Of a stretch of 64,000 bases of DNA, positions 29,662-38,424 are shown piece after piece. The notes beneath the pieces were generated by a model that had not been told where the DNA came from, searched no databases, and saw nothing but the letters and a program-made list of their open reading frames with translations. Position numbers and translations under genes: made by a program. Numbering within the stretch: the stretch's first letter is position 1; every line of letters starts with the position of its first letter. Origin of the DNA: an uncultured Planctomycetaceae bacterium. GTDB lineage: Bacteria; Planctomycetota; Phycisphaerae; SM23-33. The stretch is taken from contig CAZSBS010000001.1 of assembly GCA_964605095.1 (NCBI GenBank), forward strand, positions 4,790 through 68,789. Reading direction: 5' to 3'.

Positions 29662-30875
29662 CCGTTGATTTCCGATGCGAGAACTGCGGGAAGATGTTGA
29701 GTGTCGACGATCAGCCCGGCAACGCGGTTCGTTGTCCACATTGCCGCAAGAAAGTCACGGTGCCCGCGGTCCTGGCCGCGTTGCCCCGTCCGCACGTGCC
29801 CCCGAACGCCAGGCATGCCGGCTCTCATTCCGGCGGGCAGTCGCAAGGCCAGGCCGATGGCGAGCAGGACGAGCAGGGCGAGGAAGAGCCCGAAGAGGAG
29901 GGCCAGGCTGTAATGGGCGCCATGGCAACGATCATGCCCTGGGTCATCAGCGTCTTCCTGCACTTGGGCGTGTTCCTGGTCATGCTCTTCTTCGTCATGG
30001 TCGTGGTGAACACCAAGATTCCGCCGGAGATCATCATTCCGGACGCCGCGCTGAGCCTGGACAATCCCGGCGGCGTGATGGACCCCAAGACCGCGACGGT
30101 TTCCAAGAGCGAGAATGATCGGCGGACGGTCGTCAAGCGGTACACCAAGCGGGAGGACCAGGTCGACAAGGGCAAGACCGAGCAGACGGTTCAGCTTCTC
30201 GCGGCCTCATCGGACGGCGCTCACGGCGGCGCGGCCGACCTGGGCCTGACCAACAGTGACGCCGCCGGCGGACCCAAGAGCCGGTTCTTCGGCTCCGGCG
30301 GCAACGCATACCACATCGCGTACGTGGTGGACCGTTCGGGCTCGATGGCCCCGACGTTCGAGCAAGTCCGTATCGAGATGCTCAAGTCCATCAGCGGCCT
30401 TAAGGCGGTGCAGGACTTCACGATCATCCTTTTCTCCGACAACCAGTTCATCGAGGGTCCGCAGAAGCGGCTGGTCTCGGCGGAGCTTGAGAACAAGCTC
30501 GCGGCGAACAATTTCCTCAAGGACATAACCGCCCAGAGTTCGACCACGGTTTTGCCGGCCCTGAAGCGGGCGTTCCAGGTCCTCAAGTATGCCGACGCCA
30601 GCAAGCCAGGCCGGCTGGTTTACCTGCTGAGCGACGGCGACTTCGCGGGCATGTCCGGCGGCTCGACGTACACCAGCGCCGACGGCAGGGCCCTTAACGG
30701 CAACGAGGCCGTGATTCAGTGGCTGCGGGACAACAACCCCAAGGATGAGAAGAAGGGGCTGGTTCACGTCAACACGTTCCTCTACCTCAACAAGGACGAG
30801 GACGCCATGAAGGTAATGAAAACCATCGCCAAAGAGAACGCCGGCCGGTTCAAGCTCATCAGCTCCGACGAGTGA
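29658..30875 (+). CDS. zinc-ribbon / single-TM / periplasmic vWA-domain protein (paralog 2)
   Basis: 405 aa, ~70% identical to paralog 1; same C4 ribbon, TM and MIDAS motifs. Confidence 0.85.
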   Translation: MTVDFRCENCGKMLSVDDQPGNAVRCPHCRKKVTVPAVLAALPRPHVPPNARHAGSHSGGQSQGQADGEQDEQGEEEPEEEGQAVMGAMATIMPWVISVFLHLGVFLVMLFFVMVVVNTKIPPEIIIPDAALSLDNPGGVMDPKTATVSKSENDRRTVVKRYTKREDQVDKGKTEQTVQLLAASSDGAHGGAADLGLTNSDAAGGPKSRFFGSGGNAYHIAYVVDRSGSMAPTFEQVRIEMLKSISGLKAVQDFTIILFSDNQFIEGPQKRLVSAELENKLAANNFLKDITAQSSTTVLPALKRAFQVLKYADASKPGRLVYLLSDGDFAGMSGGSTYTSADGRALNGNEAVIQWLRDNNPKDEKKGLVHVNTFLYLNKDEDAMKVMKTIAKENAGRFKLISSDE

Positions 30876-30889
30876 TTCCGGGAGATAGC

Positions 30890-31963
30890 ATGCGTCAGAC
30901 AACTGTCATTTTCGCGGGGATATGCCTGGCCGGCGGGCTGGCCTTTGCGGACTCGCTGACCATCAACAACCTCCCGTATGACAATGTGCGCGTCACCGAC
31001 GTTTCCAAAGGCACGATAACCTACGAGCTTAGCGGGCGCAGGTACGACAAGCCTCTGGCCGAAGTCAGCCGCGTGGTGCTGAGCGGCCAGAGGGACTTCA
31101 ACAAGGCCGAGGACGCCTTCAAGGCCGGCAAGTTTGCCGATGCCGTCGCGGCCTACACCGAGGCTGAAAAGTCCACCGATAAGCTCGACTGGCTGCGTCG
31201 GCTGATCCGCTATCGCCGCATTCCCGCGGCCGACGCGGCGAAAATGCCGGGCCAGGCCGTCGCGGACTGGTTGAGCGTCGTCGACGACGCCGGTGCCAGC
31301 CGGGCCGTGATAGCCATGGCCCCGGAAGCGGTCGCCCCCAAGGGCTCGCCCGATAACGCCTTGGCGATGGAGCTGCTGAAAAAACGCCTCGGCAAGGGCG
31401 ATCCGATATTCCGCGCCAAGGTCAAGGACCTGCTGCTTAATCTCTATGCTGCCGAGGACCTCAAAGACAAGGCGATGCTGCTCCAGGGCGAAGGGCCGGC
31501 CACCGCCCCCGGCGGCGAGCAGGCGCCCCCGCCGCTGGTGGTCTCGGTCGAGCAGGTCTCCAGGCAGTTGCAGGAGGCCGCCAGCCAGATCAAGCTCGGC
31601 CAGTACGACGCCGCGGCTGAGAGCATAAAGGCGAAGCTTAACCGGTTTACCAGCAGTGAGCTTCCAGGCGCGCTGGTGCTTCGGGGCAAGGCGCTTCAGT
31701 TGTCATACGAGAAGGGCGGCTCCAAGGATGTCAAGAAGCTCAAGGAGGCTGGGCTGTGCTTCATGCGCGTTGCGGCATGTTGCGACCCTACCACCCCGCA
31801 GGTGCCGGAGGCCCTTTACCTCGCGGCGATGGTCGAGCGTGTACTGGGCAACCATGTCGCGGCCGCCAATGCGATGCGGATGTTGATCGCCCGGTACGCC
31901 GCGAGCGAGTGGGCCCAGAGGGCCCAGACCGCGTTGGGCGGTGCCGCCGGGCCGGAGAAGTAA
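30890..31963 (+). CDS. secreted alpha-helical protein of unknown function
   Basis: RBS ggaga 30881; signal peptide MRQTTVIFAGICLAGGLAFA; Ala/Lys-rich helical composition. Confidence 0.65.
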   Translation: MRQTTVIFAGICLAGGLAFADSLTINNLPYDNVRVTDVSKGTITYELSGRRYDKPLAEVSRVVLSGQRDFNKAEDAFKAGKFADAVAAYTEAEKSTDKLDWLRRLIRYRRIPAADAAKMPGQAVADWLSVVDDAGASRAVIAMAPEAVAPKGSPDNALAMELLKKRLGKGDPIFRAKVKDLLLNLYAAEDLKDKAMLLQGEGPATAPGGEQAPPPLVVSVEQVSRQLQEAASQIKLGQYDAAAESIKAKLNRFTSSELPGALVLRGKALQLSYEKGGSKDVKKLKEAGLCFMRVAACCDPTTPQVPEALYLAAMVERVLGNHVAAANAMRMLIARYAASEWAQRAQTALGGAAGPEK

Positions 31964-32085
31964 GAGTTGCCGCGCGGTTTTTGGGACTATCGAGTACAAT
32001 CCCCGGCCGGGCCGGCCAGGGTTGAAAAGGACACTTAAGGCAGGCAGCGAGACAGGAACCCTGTAGAACAGAGGAGATCGAGAGC

Positions 32086-32763
32086 ATGTGGGATTTTCAA
32101 TGGGCGACATTGGCGCAGATACAGCCCTCCGGCAATCTGGACTACTTCGAGATGCTGGTCTGGCCGGGCGGCGGGAGTATCGGCATTCTGCTGTGGCTGT
32201 TGAGCGTCGTGCTGGTTGCGCTGTGCATCCAGTTCTTCATCACGATCCGCCAGGGCAACATCATGCCCGACCTGGTCAAGCAGCAGATACAGACTCTTTT
32301 CGACAATAAGCAGTACCGCGAAGCGATCGAGGTGACGGCCACCGAGCCGAGCATGCTCAGCTACGTGGTTCATGCGGCGCTATCAGAGGCGGCGCACGGA
32401 TACGCCTCGATGGAGCGCGCCATGGAAGAGTCGGCCGAGGAAAAAAGCTCGGGCATGCTCCGCAAGATCGAGTGGCTGAATCTGCTGGGCAACATCAGCC
32501 CGATGCTTGGCCTGTTGGGAACCGTCTGGGGCATGATCCTGGCCTTCATGGCGATCGTCGCGGCCAAGGGCATCCCCTCGCCGGACGCGCTGGCTAAATC
32601 GATCGGCATCGCGCTGGTGACGACCCTGCTGGGCCTTATGGTGGCGATTCCGGCGCTAGGGGTCTTTGCCATTCTGCGCAACCGCATCGATGCGCTGAGC
32701 AACCAGGTGATCATGCAGTCGCAGGAGTTGATTTCGACGTTTCGCCCGGCCCCCAAGGGCTGA
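32086..32763 (+). CDS. MotA/TolQ/ExbB-family proton-channel stator subunit
   Basis: 225 aa; three TM helices; C-terminal MotA_ExbB region ...ISPMLGLLGTVWGMILAFMAI... Confidence 0.85.
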   Translation: MWDFQWATLAQIQPSGNLDYFEMLVWPGGGSIGILLWLLSVVLVALCIQFFITIRQGNIMPDLVKQQIQTLFDNKQYREAIEVTATEPSMLSYVVHAALSEAAHGYASMERAMEESAEEKSSGMLRKIEWLNLLGNISPMLGLLGTVWGMILAFMAIVAAKGIPSPDALAKSIGIALVTTLLGLMVAIPALGVFAILRNRIDALSNQVIMQSQELISTFRPAPKG

Positions 32764-32814
32764 TCGGCGCGGGCGTCATTAGACATTGCAGTCGCCAGGA
32801 CGGGTAAGGAGTAC

Positions 32815-33375
32815 ATGACAATGGCAACGAAAAAGTTTCGTTCATGCAGTGACGTCGGGTTCAACATGACCCCCATGATCGACTGCACGTTCCAGTTGAT
32901 CATCTTCTTCATCCTTGTCGGCCAGGTTGCCAACGAAACCTATGCCAAGAACGTGAAGCTCGTCAGGCCGGTCGACAGCCAGGCCATACCGTCGTCGGTG
33001 GCCAAGTTCACCAACAAGGTGACGGTGAACGTTGTCTCGGCCGCGGCCGGGGAGTTGAACCCGGACCCTGCCACGGCTTCGGAGTTGAAGTTCTACCAGA
33101 TTCTCACCGTGAAGTACCATGTCGGCGAGATTGACCGGATGATCGACGTAATCAAGAAACTCAGGAGCGACTACGAGAAGCAATTCGGCACGACCGTTTC
33201 GCCAACGGCAGGCGCAGGCGGCAAGGAAGGCGATGACAACCGGATGTTCTTCCTTGAGATCCGTGCCGACGAGCGCGTCAACTGGCAGGATGTGGCGCCC
33301 GTCATCCGTGCCGGCGTCGAGGCCGGCATCAACAAGATGAACATCACCGCCCTGACGGCACGGATCGGAGACTAA
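32815..33375 (+). CDS. ExbD/TolR-family protein (paralog 1)
   Basis: N-terminal MTPMIDCTFQLIIFFILV single TM typical of ExbD/TolR. Confidence 0.75.
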   Translation: MTMATKKFRSCSDVGFNMTPMIDCTFQLIIFFILVGQVANETYAKNVKLVRPVDSQAIPSSVAKFTNKVTVNVVSAAAGELNPDPATASELKFYQILTVKYHVGEIDRMIDVIKKLRSDYEKQFGTTVSPTAGAGGKEGDDNRMFFLEIRADERVNWQDVAPVIRAGVEAGINKMNITALTARIGD

Positions 33376-33376
33376 C

Positions 33377-33883
33377 ATGGCTATTACAGCAAACAAACCG
33401 GTGGAAGGCGACGAGACAGTCCACCATGTATCGCCCAGCAAGGAAAAGGACAAGCCGAAGGCGAGCATGCAGCCGCCGATGACGCCGATGATCGACGTCA
33501 CGTTCCAGTTGCTGCTGTTCTTCATCCTCACGTTCGAGTTCCGCGAGTCGGAAGGCATGATCCCGGGCACGCTGCCGAACAAGGGCTCCATTGCCCAGTC
33601 GGTCACCGACACTCCGCCGCCGGACCCGATCCAGATCCGCGTGATCCCCTCGGCAAACAAGGAAACCGCCAGCTACGAGATGACCGGAATCGGCGTGGCG
33701 ATTGCGACCCCGCACGATCTCGGTGAGCTTCTCAAGCAGCGGCGGGAGCAGATAGGCAGCACGGAAGTGCCCATAGTGATATTTCCCAGCCAGGACGTGC
33801 CCTGGGGGTTCGTCGTCGAGGCGTTCAACCAGGCCAAGAGGGCGAATTTCCAGAAGATCGGTTTTGCCCAGCAGATAATGTGA
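33377..33883 (+). CDS. ExbD/TolR-family protein (paralog 2)
   Basis: ...QPPMTPMIDVTFQLLLFFILTFEF... ; C-term ...VPWGFVVEAFNQAKRANFQKIGFAQ. Confidence 0.78.
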   Translation: MAITANKPVEGDETVHHVSPSKEKDKPKASMQPPMTPMIDVTFQLLLFFILTFEFRESEGMIPGTLPNKGSIAQSVTDTPPPDPIQIRVIPSANKETASYEMTGIGVAIATPHDLGELLKQRREQIGSTEVPIVIFPSQDVPWGFVVEAFNQAKRANFQKIGFAQQIM

Positions 33884-33985
33884 CTTATCCGCGCCGGGCG
33901 GGTGATGCCGCGGCAGGCTGGGCATGAGAAGAATGAGCGACATCGCCCGTTTGGATGGCGAAAGGCTCTGCCAAGGGAGACTATC

Positions 33986-34492
33986 ATGGCGATTTCTACA
34001 AGCAGGACGGTAGAAGGCGACGAGAAAGTCCACCATAAGGCGCCCGCCGGAAAGCCAAAGGGCTCAGCCAACCTCCAGCCGCCCATGACCCCGATGATCG
34101 ACGTGACGTTCCAACTGCTGCTGTTCTTCCTGCTGACCTGCGAGTTCCGAGAGTCCGAAGGGGCGATACCCGGCACGCTGCCCCGGATCGACAATGGGCT
34201 GGTTGTTAGGCCTCCAGTTCCGCCCCAGTCGGACCCGATCGAGATCCGGCTGCGTCCCTCCGCCGACCGGCAGTCGGCAAGTTACCAACTGACCGGAGTG
34301 GCCACGGTTATCACGAGCGTCCGTGAGTTGGGCGACCTGCTCCGGGTTCGCCAGGAGCAGCTTGGCAGCGGGGAGGTGCCGGTGGTGATATACCCCAACC
34401 CGGATGTGCCCTGGGGGTTTGTCGTTGAGGCGTTCAACCAGGCCAAGAGGGCGAGGTTCAGCAAGATCGGCTTTGCCCAGGGAATACTGTAA
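33986..34492 (+). CDS. ExbD/TolR-family protein (paralog 3, recent duplicate of paralog 2)
   Basis: ATG 33986; ...QPPMTPMIDVTFQLLLFFLLTCEF...VPWGFVVEAFNQAKRARFSKIGFAQ near-identical blocks to paralog 2. Confidence 0.78.
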   Translation: MAISTSRTVEGDEKVHHKAPAGKPKGSANLQPPMTPMIDVTFQLLLFFLLTCEFRESEGAIPGTLPRIDNGLVVRPPVPPQSDPIEIRLRPSADRQSASYQLTGVATVITSVRELGDLLRVRQEQLGSGEVPVVIYPNPDVPWGFVVEAFNQAKRARFSKIGFAQGIL

Positions 34493-34545
34493 GCCAGCCG
34501 GTCCGCGGCGGGCAAGTGATAAGCTAGAGCGAGTGTGAGATAGGT

Positions 34546-37500
34546 ATGACGAAGATTCGCATCGGCCTGCCCAAGCTGGCTGCAATCGGCATAATCGCGG
34601 TGGCGAGCCTGTCGTGCGCGGCTGTGGCGCAAGAAAAGAAGATACCCAGCGCCTACGAGCAACTGCCGATAGACAGGCTCATCAAGCAGCTTTCGCAGTT
34701 GGGGATGACCGAACTGTTGCAGGCCATCGAGGACGATATTCCGGCCGAGGACAAGTCCTTCCGGGCTCTGACGCTCCGCGGCCGCGTCCGCATGGGTCAG
34801 GCCAACGCCATGGCCAAGCCGGAAGACCAGAACGCGAAGATGGACGAGGCCATCGTGATTCTGCGTGCCGCGGTTAAGAAGGGCCAAGAGGAGGACAGCG
34901 CCGACGCCGGCGACCAGCTCGAGTTGTATCGGGTCATGTTGGAGTTGGCGACGGCGGAGGGGCGGTACCGCATTGAAAGCCCGCACATTCTCCGCCTGCG
35001 AATGCTGCTGGGCAACGACGCCGACCGCAAGATTATACTCCGATTCACCAAGGAGGCCGTGGAACTGTCCTACATCCTTGAGGACAAGATCTCCCGCGCG
35101 CTTACGGGGTTGCGGTCGAACATGGGCGATTACATGCGATACGGACCCGCAATGGAGGACCTCCAGCGGGAGATGCGCTACAACTCCGGATGGATCCGCC
35201 TGCACCGCGCCATGGCCCTGCCAGCCGGGAGCGAGCGGGCTGAACTCTGCCGCAACGTCATCGCCGACATGAAGGAGTTCTCCGAAGACCCCGACAGCGG
35301 CGTTATGGGCTGGGCCATGTTTGCCACGGGAGCCGCCCAACGCATGCTGGGCAATTGGGCCGATGCCGATGATGTGCTCAAGAAGGTCGCCGAAAACCCC
35401 AACGAGGACAAGGAACTGCGCCAGCGGGCGTGGTTCGAACGGGTTCGAAACTGCATCGACGAGGGTGCCGACGCGAAGATCGACCGCGCCCTGGCTGATT
35501 TCGAGGCCGGCTCCCTGGCCATCTGGGGCGAGGAAAAACGGGTCATCGTCGATCTGCGTCTGGTGCTGCTGCGGAGCTATCGAGTCGAGTTGGCGGCAGT
35601 CAAGGAAACCAACGCCGCCAAGAGGAAGGCCCTGTTCGCCCAGGCCCAGGCCGAACTGCTGAAGTTCGTCGAGAAGTACGCCGACCGCCCGGACCTGATC
35701 AGGCCCTTCCTTGAAATGGTCAATACCAAGTTCGCGGGCGACGACGACCTGACCAACGCTAGCGCCATCGTCTGCATGGCAAGGGCCTATGCCAAGCTCG
35801 CCAGCGAGAAGCCCCAGGACAAGGCCGAGGGGGAAAAGCTCCTGCTGAGGGTGCTGAATCACAAGGACCTCGACAACCCCAAGATCGCCCAGGCTATCGA
35901 GCCCGGTGTGCTCTACGAGCTTGCCTTCATAATGAACCAGCGCAAGCTCAACGTCGAGGCGTCCAAGTACTTCGTCAGGCTTGCCCGCAAGTATCCCAAG
36001 CACGACCTGGCCGAGAAGTCAGCCATGTTCGCGGTCCGAAGCCTCTACGGCGTTTTAGCCGAACGCCAGGAAAAGGGCGAGGAGATTTCCCCGAGCCTTC
36101 GCCTGGAATACATCCGCGCCCTGGAAACGTTGCTGGGAAACTGGTCAACCGCGAAAGACGCCGTCAAGTGGAACTTCGACCTTGCCGCCCAGTGCATCAA
36201 GCTGGCCGGGCAGTCCGAGGAACCAGCCGTCAAGTTCTACTGGCAGGTCCGGGCAATCGCCGCCAACGAGAAGATCCCCCTGGCGATGCTGGAGTACATG
36301 GAGGCTCAGCATGCCGCCCTGGAAATGCGATACCAGATCGTGCTGAACCGCGACGAGTTGGCCGAGGTGCTCGGCGGCGGCCCCGAGCGGCTCAAGCAGT
36401 CTCTGGGCCGGCTGGCCGAGACGCTTGTGGAGCTGGACAACGTCGTCCTGCCGCCGGAGGCGTCCGCGACGTCGGCCCCGGCCGAGGACGCCGAGGTGAA
36501 GGTCTCCGCGGAAGCCCGCGACAAGAAGATCACCGAGACGGGCAAGCTGCTCAACGACAGCCTCAAGACGTACTCGGACCCGACAGCCCTTGTCGAGCAA
36601 CTCAAGAAGTACTCCGTCGACGCCCTGGCCGAGAGCAAGAAGGCGGCTGAGAAGGCCGCGTCGGTTGGGGGCGAGGAGAAGGCGCAGTTCCAGGCCAACG
36701 CCGATGGGCTCAAGGAGTGGTCCGCCCAGGCCGAATACCAGGCCGCTGTCATCAAGTACGAGCAGTTTCCCAAACTGCTCTCCAAGGACAATGCCGAGGG
36801 GCGACAGAAGATCGAACAGGAGGCCCTGGGGGATCTGCGGGCGCTGATAGCCAGGCTGACGGCCGAGGGAAAGTCCAATGGCGCCTCGGCCCGCGAGCAT
36901 TCGCCGGTCCTGCCGATGGCCCACGAGTTCGAGATACGCAAGCTCATCGAACTCGGGCGGACCGACGAGGCGATCGCCAAGATCCAGGATTTCAAGAAGT
37001 CCTTCCCCGATCAGGCCAAGCAACTTATTCAGTTGCTGGTCCAGCAGATTCAGGAGCAGATCATCCGGCTGGAGAAGCGCCTCAAGAGTGCCGTGACCCA
37101 GGCCCAGGCCGATGAGGTCCGCCAGGCGCTGGATCGCTACCAGACGGCTTACGTGAACTTCGCCAAGGACCTGTATGACCCCGTGGCAGGCAAGCCTCTC
37201 AAACTGCCTGAGTTGGAAGCCATGCGGCGCGATCTGCGGGCACTGGAGCAGAAGCGCGATTTTGACGGCCTGTTGGCAAAGGCCCAGGGCCTGCCCGCTC
37301 TGGCGGCCGAGAACGACGTGAAGCTCGAGGACCTCAAGGGCAAGGAAGTGCTGGATAGCTGGATTGCCGGCGCAAAGGCGCCGGGCGCCGACCGCAACAA
37401 CATCCTGCCCAAGCTGGCCGCGGCCACGATGAACATGGTGCTGAACATCCGCGACGTTGTCATGGAACGCTACGGACTCGTCCAGATGTACGCCGACTCG

Positions 37501-38226
37501 CTTCTGAACAGGGGCAAGGCCGAACATTTGGCCAAGCGGGACGACTCGTCCAAGGCTGCCTACAAGGAGGCCCTGGACCTGTTCAAGAAGTGCTTCGATC
37601 TGGACGACGCCTGCCGCAAGGGCGAGGCTGCATGGCTGGCCAAGAAGTACAGCCCGTTCATCGAGGACGTCAAGGCCAACGCCAAGAGCATGGGCGCCGT
37701 CAGCAGGATGGTCGAGGCCTTCCGGAAGGAGTTGAAGGACGCCGAGCAGATCCAGGCCATGTCCGCGGACATGTCGTCGATGGAGTATGCCGATAAGTAT
37801 GTCCGCGGCGCAGCCAATCAGCAGCAGGAGCAGGAGCGGCTGCCGCGTGCGGTGGAGATGCTGGTTCGCGGGTGGAACAACCTGGTGCGGACATTGCAGA
37901 ACCAGACCATTATTGACCACCTGAACATTATCGGCATGGCCCGGGCGCAGCGTGGGCTGGGCAACTATGGCGAGGCAATGGCGCTGTATCGCCGTTACAC
38001 CGAGGGTCTCCCCAGAGACAAGTTCCCCTCGAAATACTGGCATGCCGAACTGGAGCGGTGCCAGTGCAACCTGGACGGCTACCTGAGCAACCCCGAGGCC
38101 ATGAAGAACTTGGTGATCCAGATAAACTCCCTGAGGATCAAGGACAAGGAAATGGGAGGCATGGCTGCCGAGTTTGAGCAGATAAAGAAGACGGCAGGCG
38201 GCAAGGCCGGCCAGGGCGGCAAGTGA
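34546..38226 (+). CDS. 1226-aa secreted all-alpha (TPR/coiled-coil-like) protein of unknown function
   Basis: signal peptide MTKIRIGLPKLAAIGIIAVASLSCAAVA; uninterrupted ORF with protein-like K/E/A/L composition; antisense ORFs are GC-artifacts. Confidence 0.8.
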   Translation: MTKIRIGLPKLAAIGIIAVASLSCAAVAQEKKIPSAYEQLPIDRLIKQLSQLGMTELLQAIEDDIPAEDKSFRALTLRGRVRMGQANAMAKPEDQNAKMDEAIVILRAAVKKGQEEDSADAGDQLELYRVMLELATAEGRYRIESPHILRLRMLLGNDADRKIILRFTKEAVELSYILEDKISRALTGLRSNMGDYMRYGPAMEDLQREMRYNSGWIRLHRAMALPAGSERAELCRNVIADMKEFSEDPDSGVMGWAMFATGAAQRMLGNWADADDVLKKVAENPNEDKELRQRAWFERVRNCIDEGADAKIDRALADFEAGSLAIWGEEKRVIVDLRLVLLRSYRVELAAVKETNAAKRKALFAQAQAELLKFVEKYADRPDLIRPFLEMVNTKFAGDDDLTNASAIVCMARAYAKLASEKPQDKAEGEKLLLRVLNHKDLDNPKIAQAIEPGVLYELAFIMNQRKLNVEASKYFVRLARKYPKHDLAEKSAMFAVRSLYGVLAERQEKGEEISPSLRLEYIRALETLLGNWSTAKDAVKWNFDLAAQCIKLAGQSEEPAVKFYWQVRAIAANEKIPLAMLEYMEAQHAALEMRYQIVLNRDELAEVLGGGPERLKQSLGRLAETLVELDNVVLPPEASATSAPAEDAEVKVSAEARDKKITETGKLLNDSLKTYSDPTALVEQLKKYSVDALAESKKAAEKAASVGGEEKAQFQANADGLKEWSAQAEYQAAVIKYEQFPKLLSKDNAEGRQKIEQEALGDLRALIARLTAEGKSNGASAREHSPVLPMAHEFEIRKLIELGRTDEAIAKIQDFKKSFPDQAKQLIQLLVQQIQEQIIRLEKRLKSAVTQAQADEVRQALDRYQTAYVNFAKDLYDPVAGKPLKLPELEAMRRDLRALEQKRDFDGLLAKAQGLPALAAENDVKLEDLKGKEVLDSWIAGAKAPGADRNNILPKLAAATMNMVLNIRDVVMERYGLVQMYADSLLNRGKAEHLAKRDDSSKAAYKEALDLFKKCFDLDDACRKGEAAWLAKKYSPFIEDVKANAKSMGAVSRMVEAFRKELKDAEQIQAMSADMSSMEYADKYVRGAANQQQEQERLPRAVEMLVRGWNNLVRTLQNQTIIDHLNIIGMARAQRGLGNYGEAMALYRRYTEGLPRDKFPSKYWHAELERCQCNLDGYLSNPEAMKNLVIQINSLRIKDKEMGGMAAEFEQIKKTAGGKAGQGGK

Positions 38227-38314
38227 TCCGGCGCCGGAGAACATTGCCGGACAGATGTTTGAAAACCAGCGGTTGACGCGGGATTGCCTGATACTATACT
38301 GGCGCGGACAAAAC

Positions 38315-38388
38315 GGCGGCGTAGCCAAGCGGACCAAGGCGACGGATTGCAAATCCGTTATTCGTGGGTTCGAATCCCACCGCCGCCT
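38315..38388 (+). tRNA. tRNA-Cys (anticodon GCA)
   Basis: GGCGGCGTAGCCAAGCGGACCAAGGCGACGGATTGCAAATCCGTTATTCGTGGGTTCGAATCCCACCGCCGCCT; 7-bp acceptor stem, TTCGAAT T-loop. Confidence 0.88.
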
Positions 38389-38424
38389 GTTGATAGCCCT
38401 TAAGGCTTTTATCCGAGGTGAATT

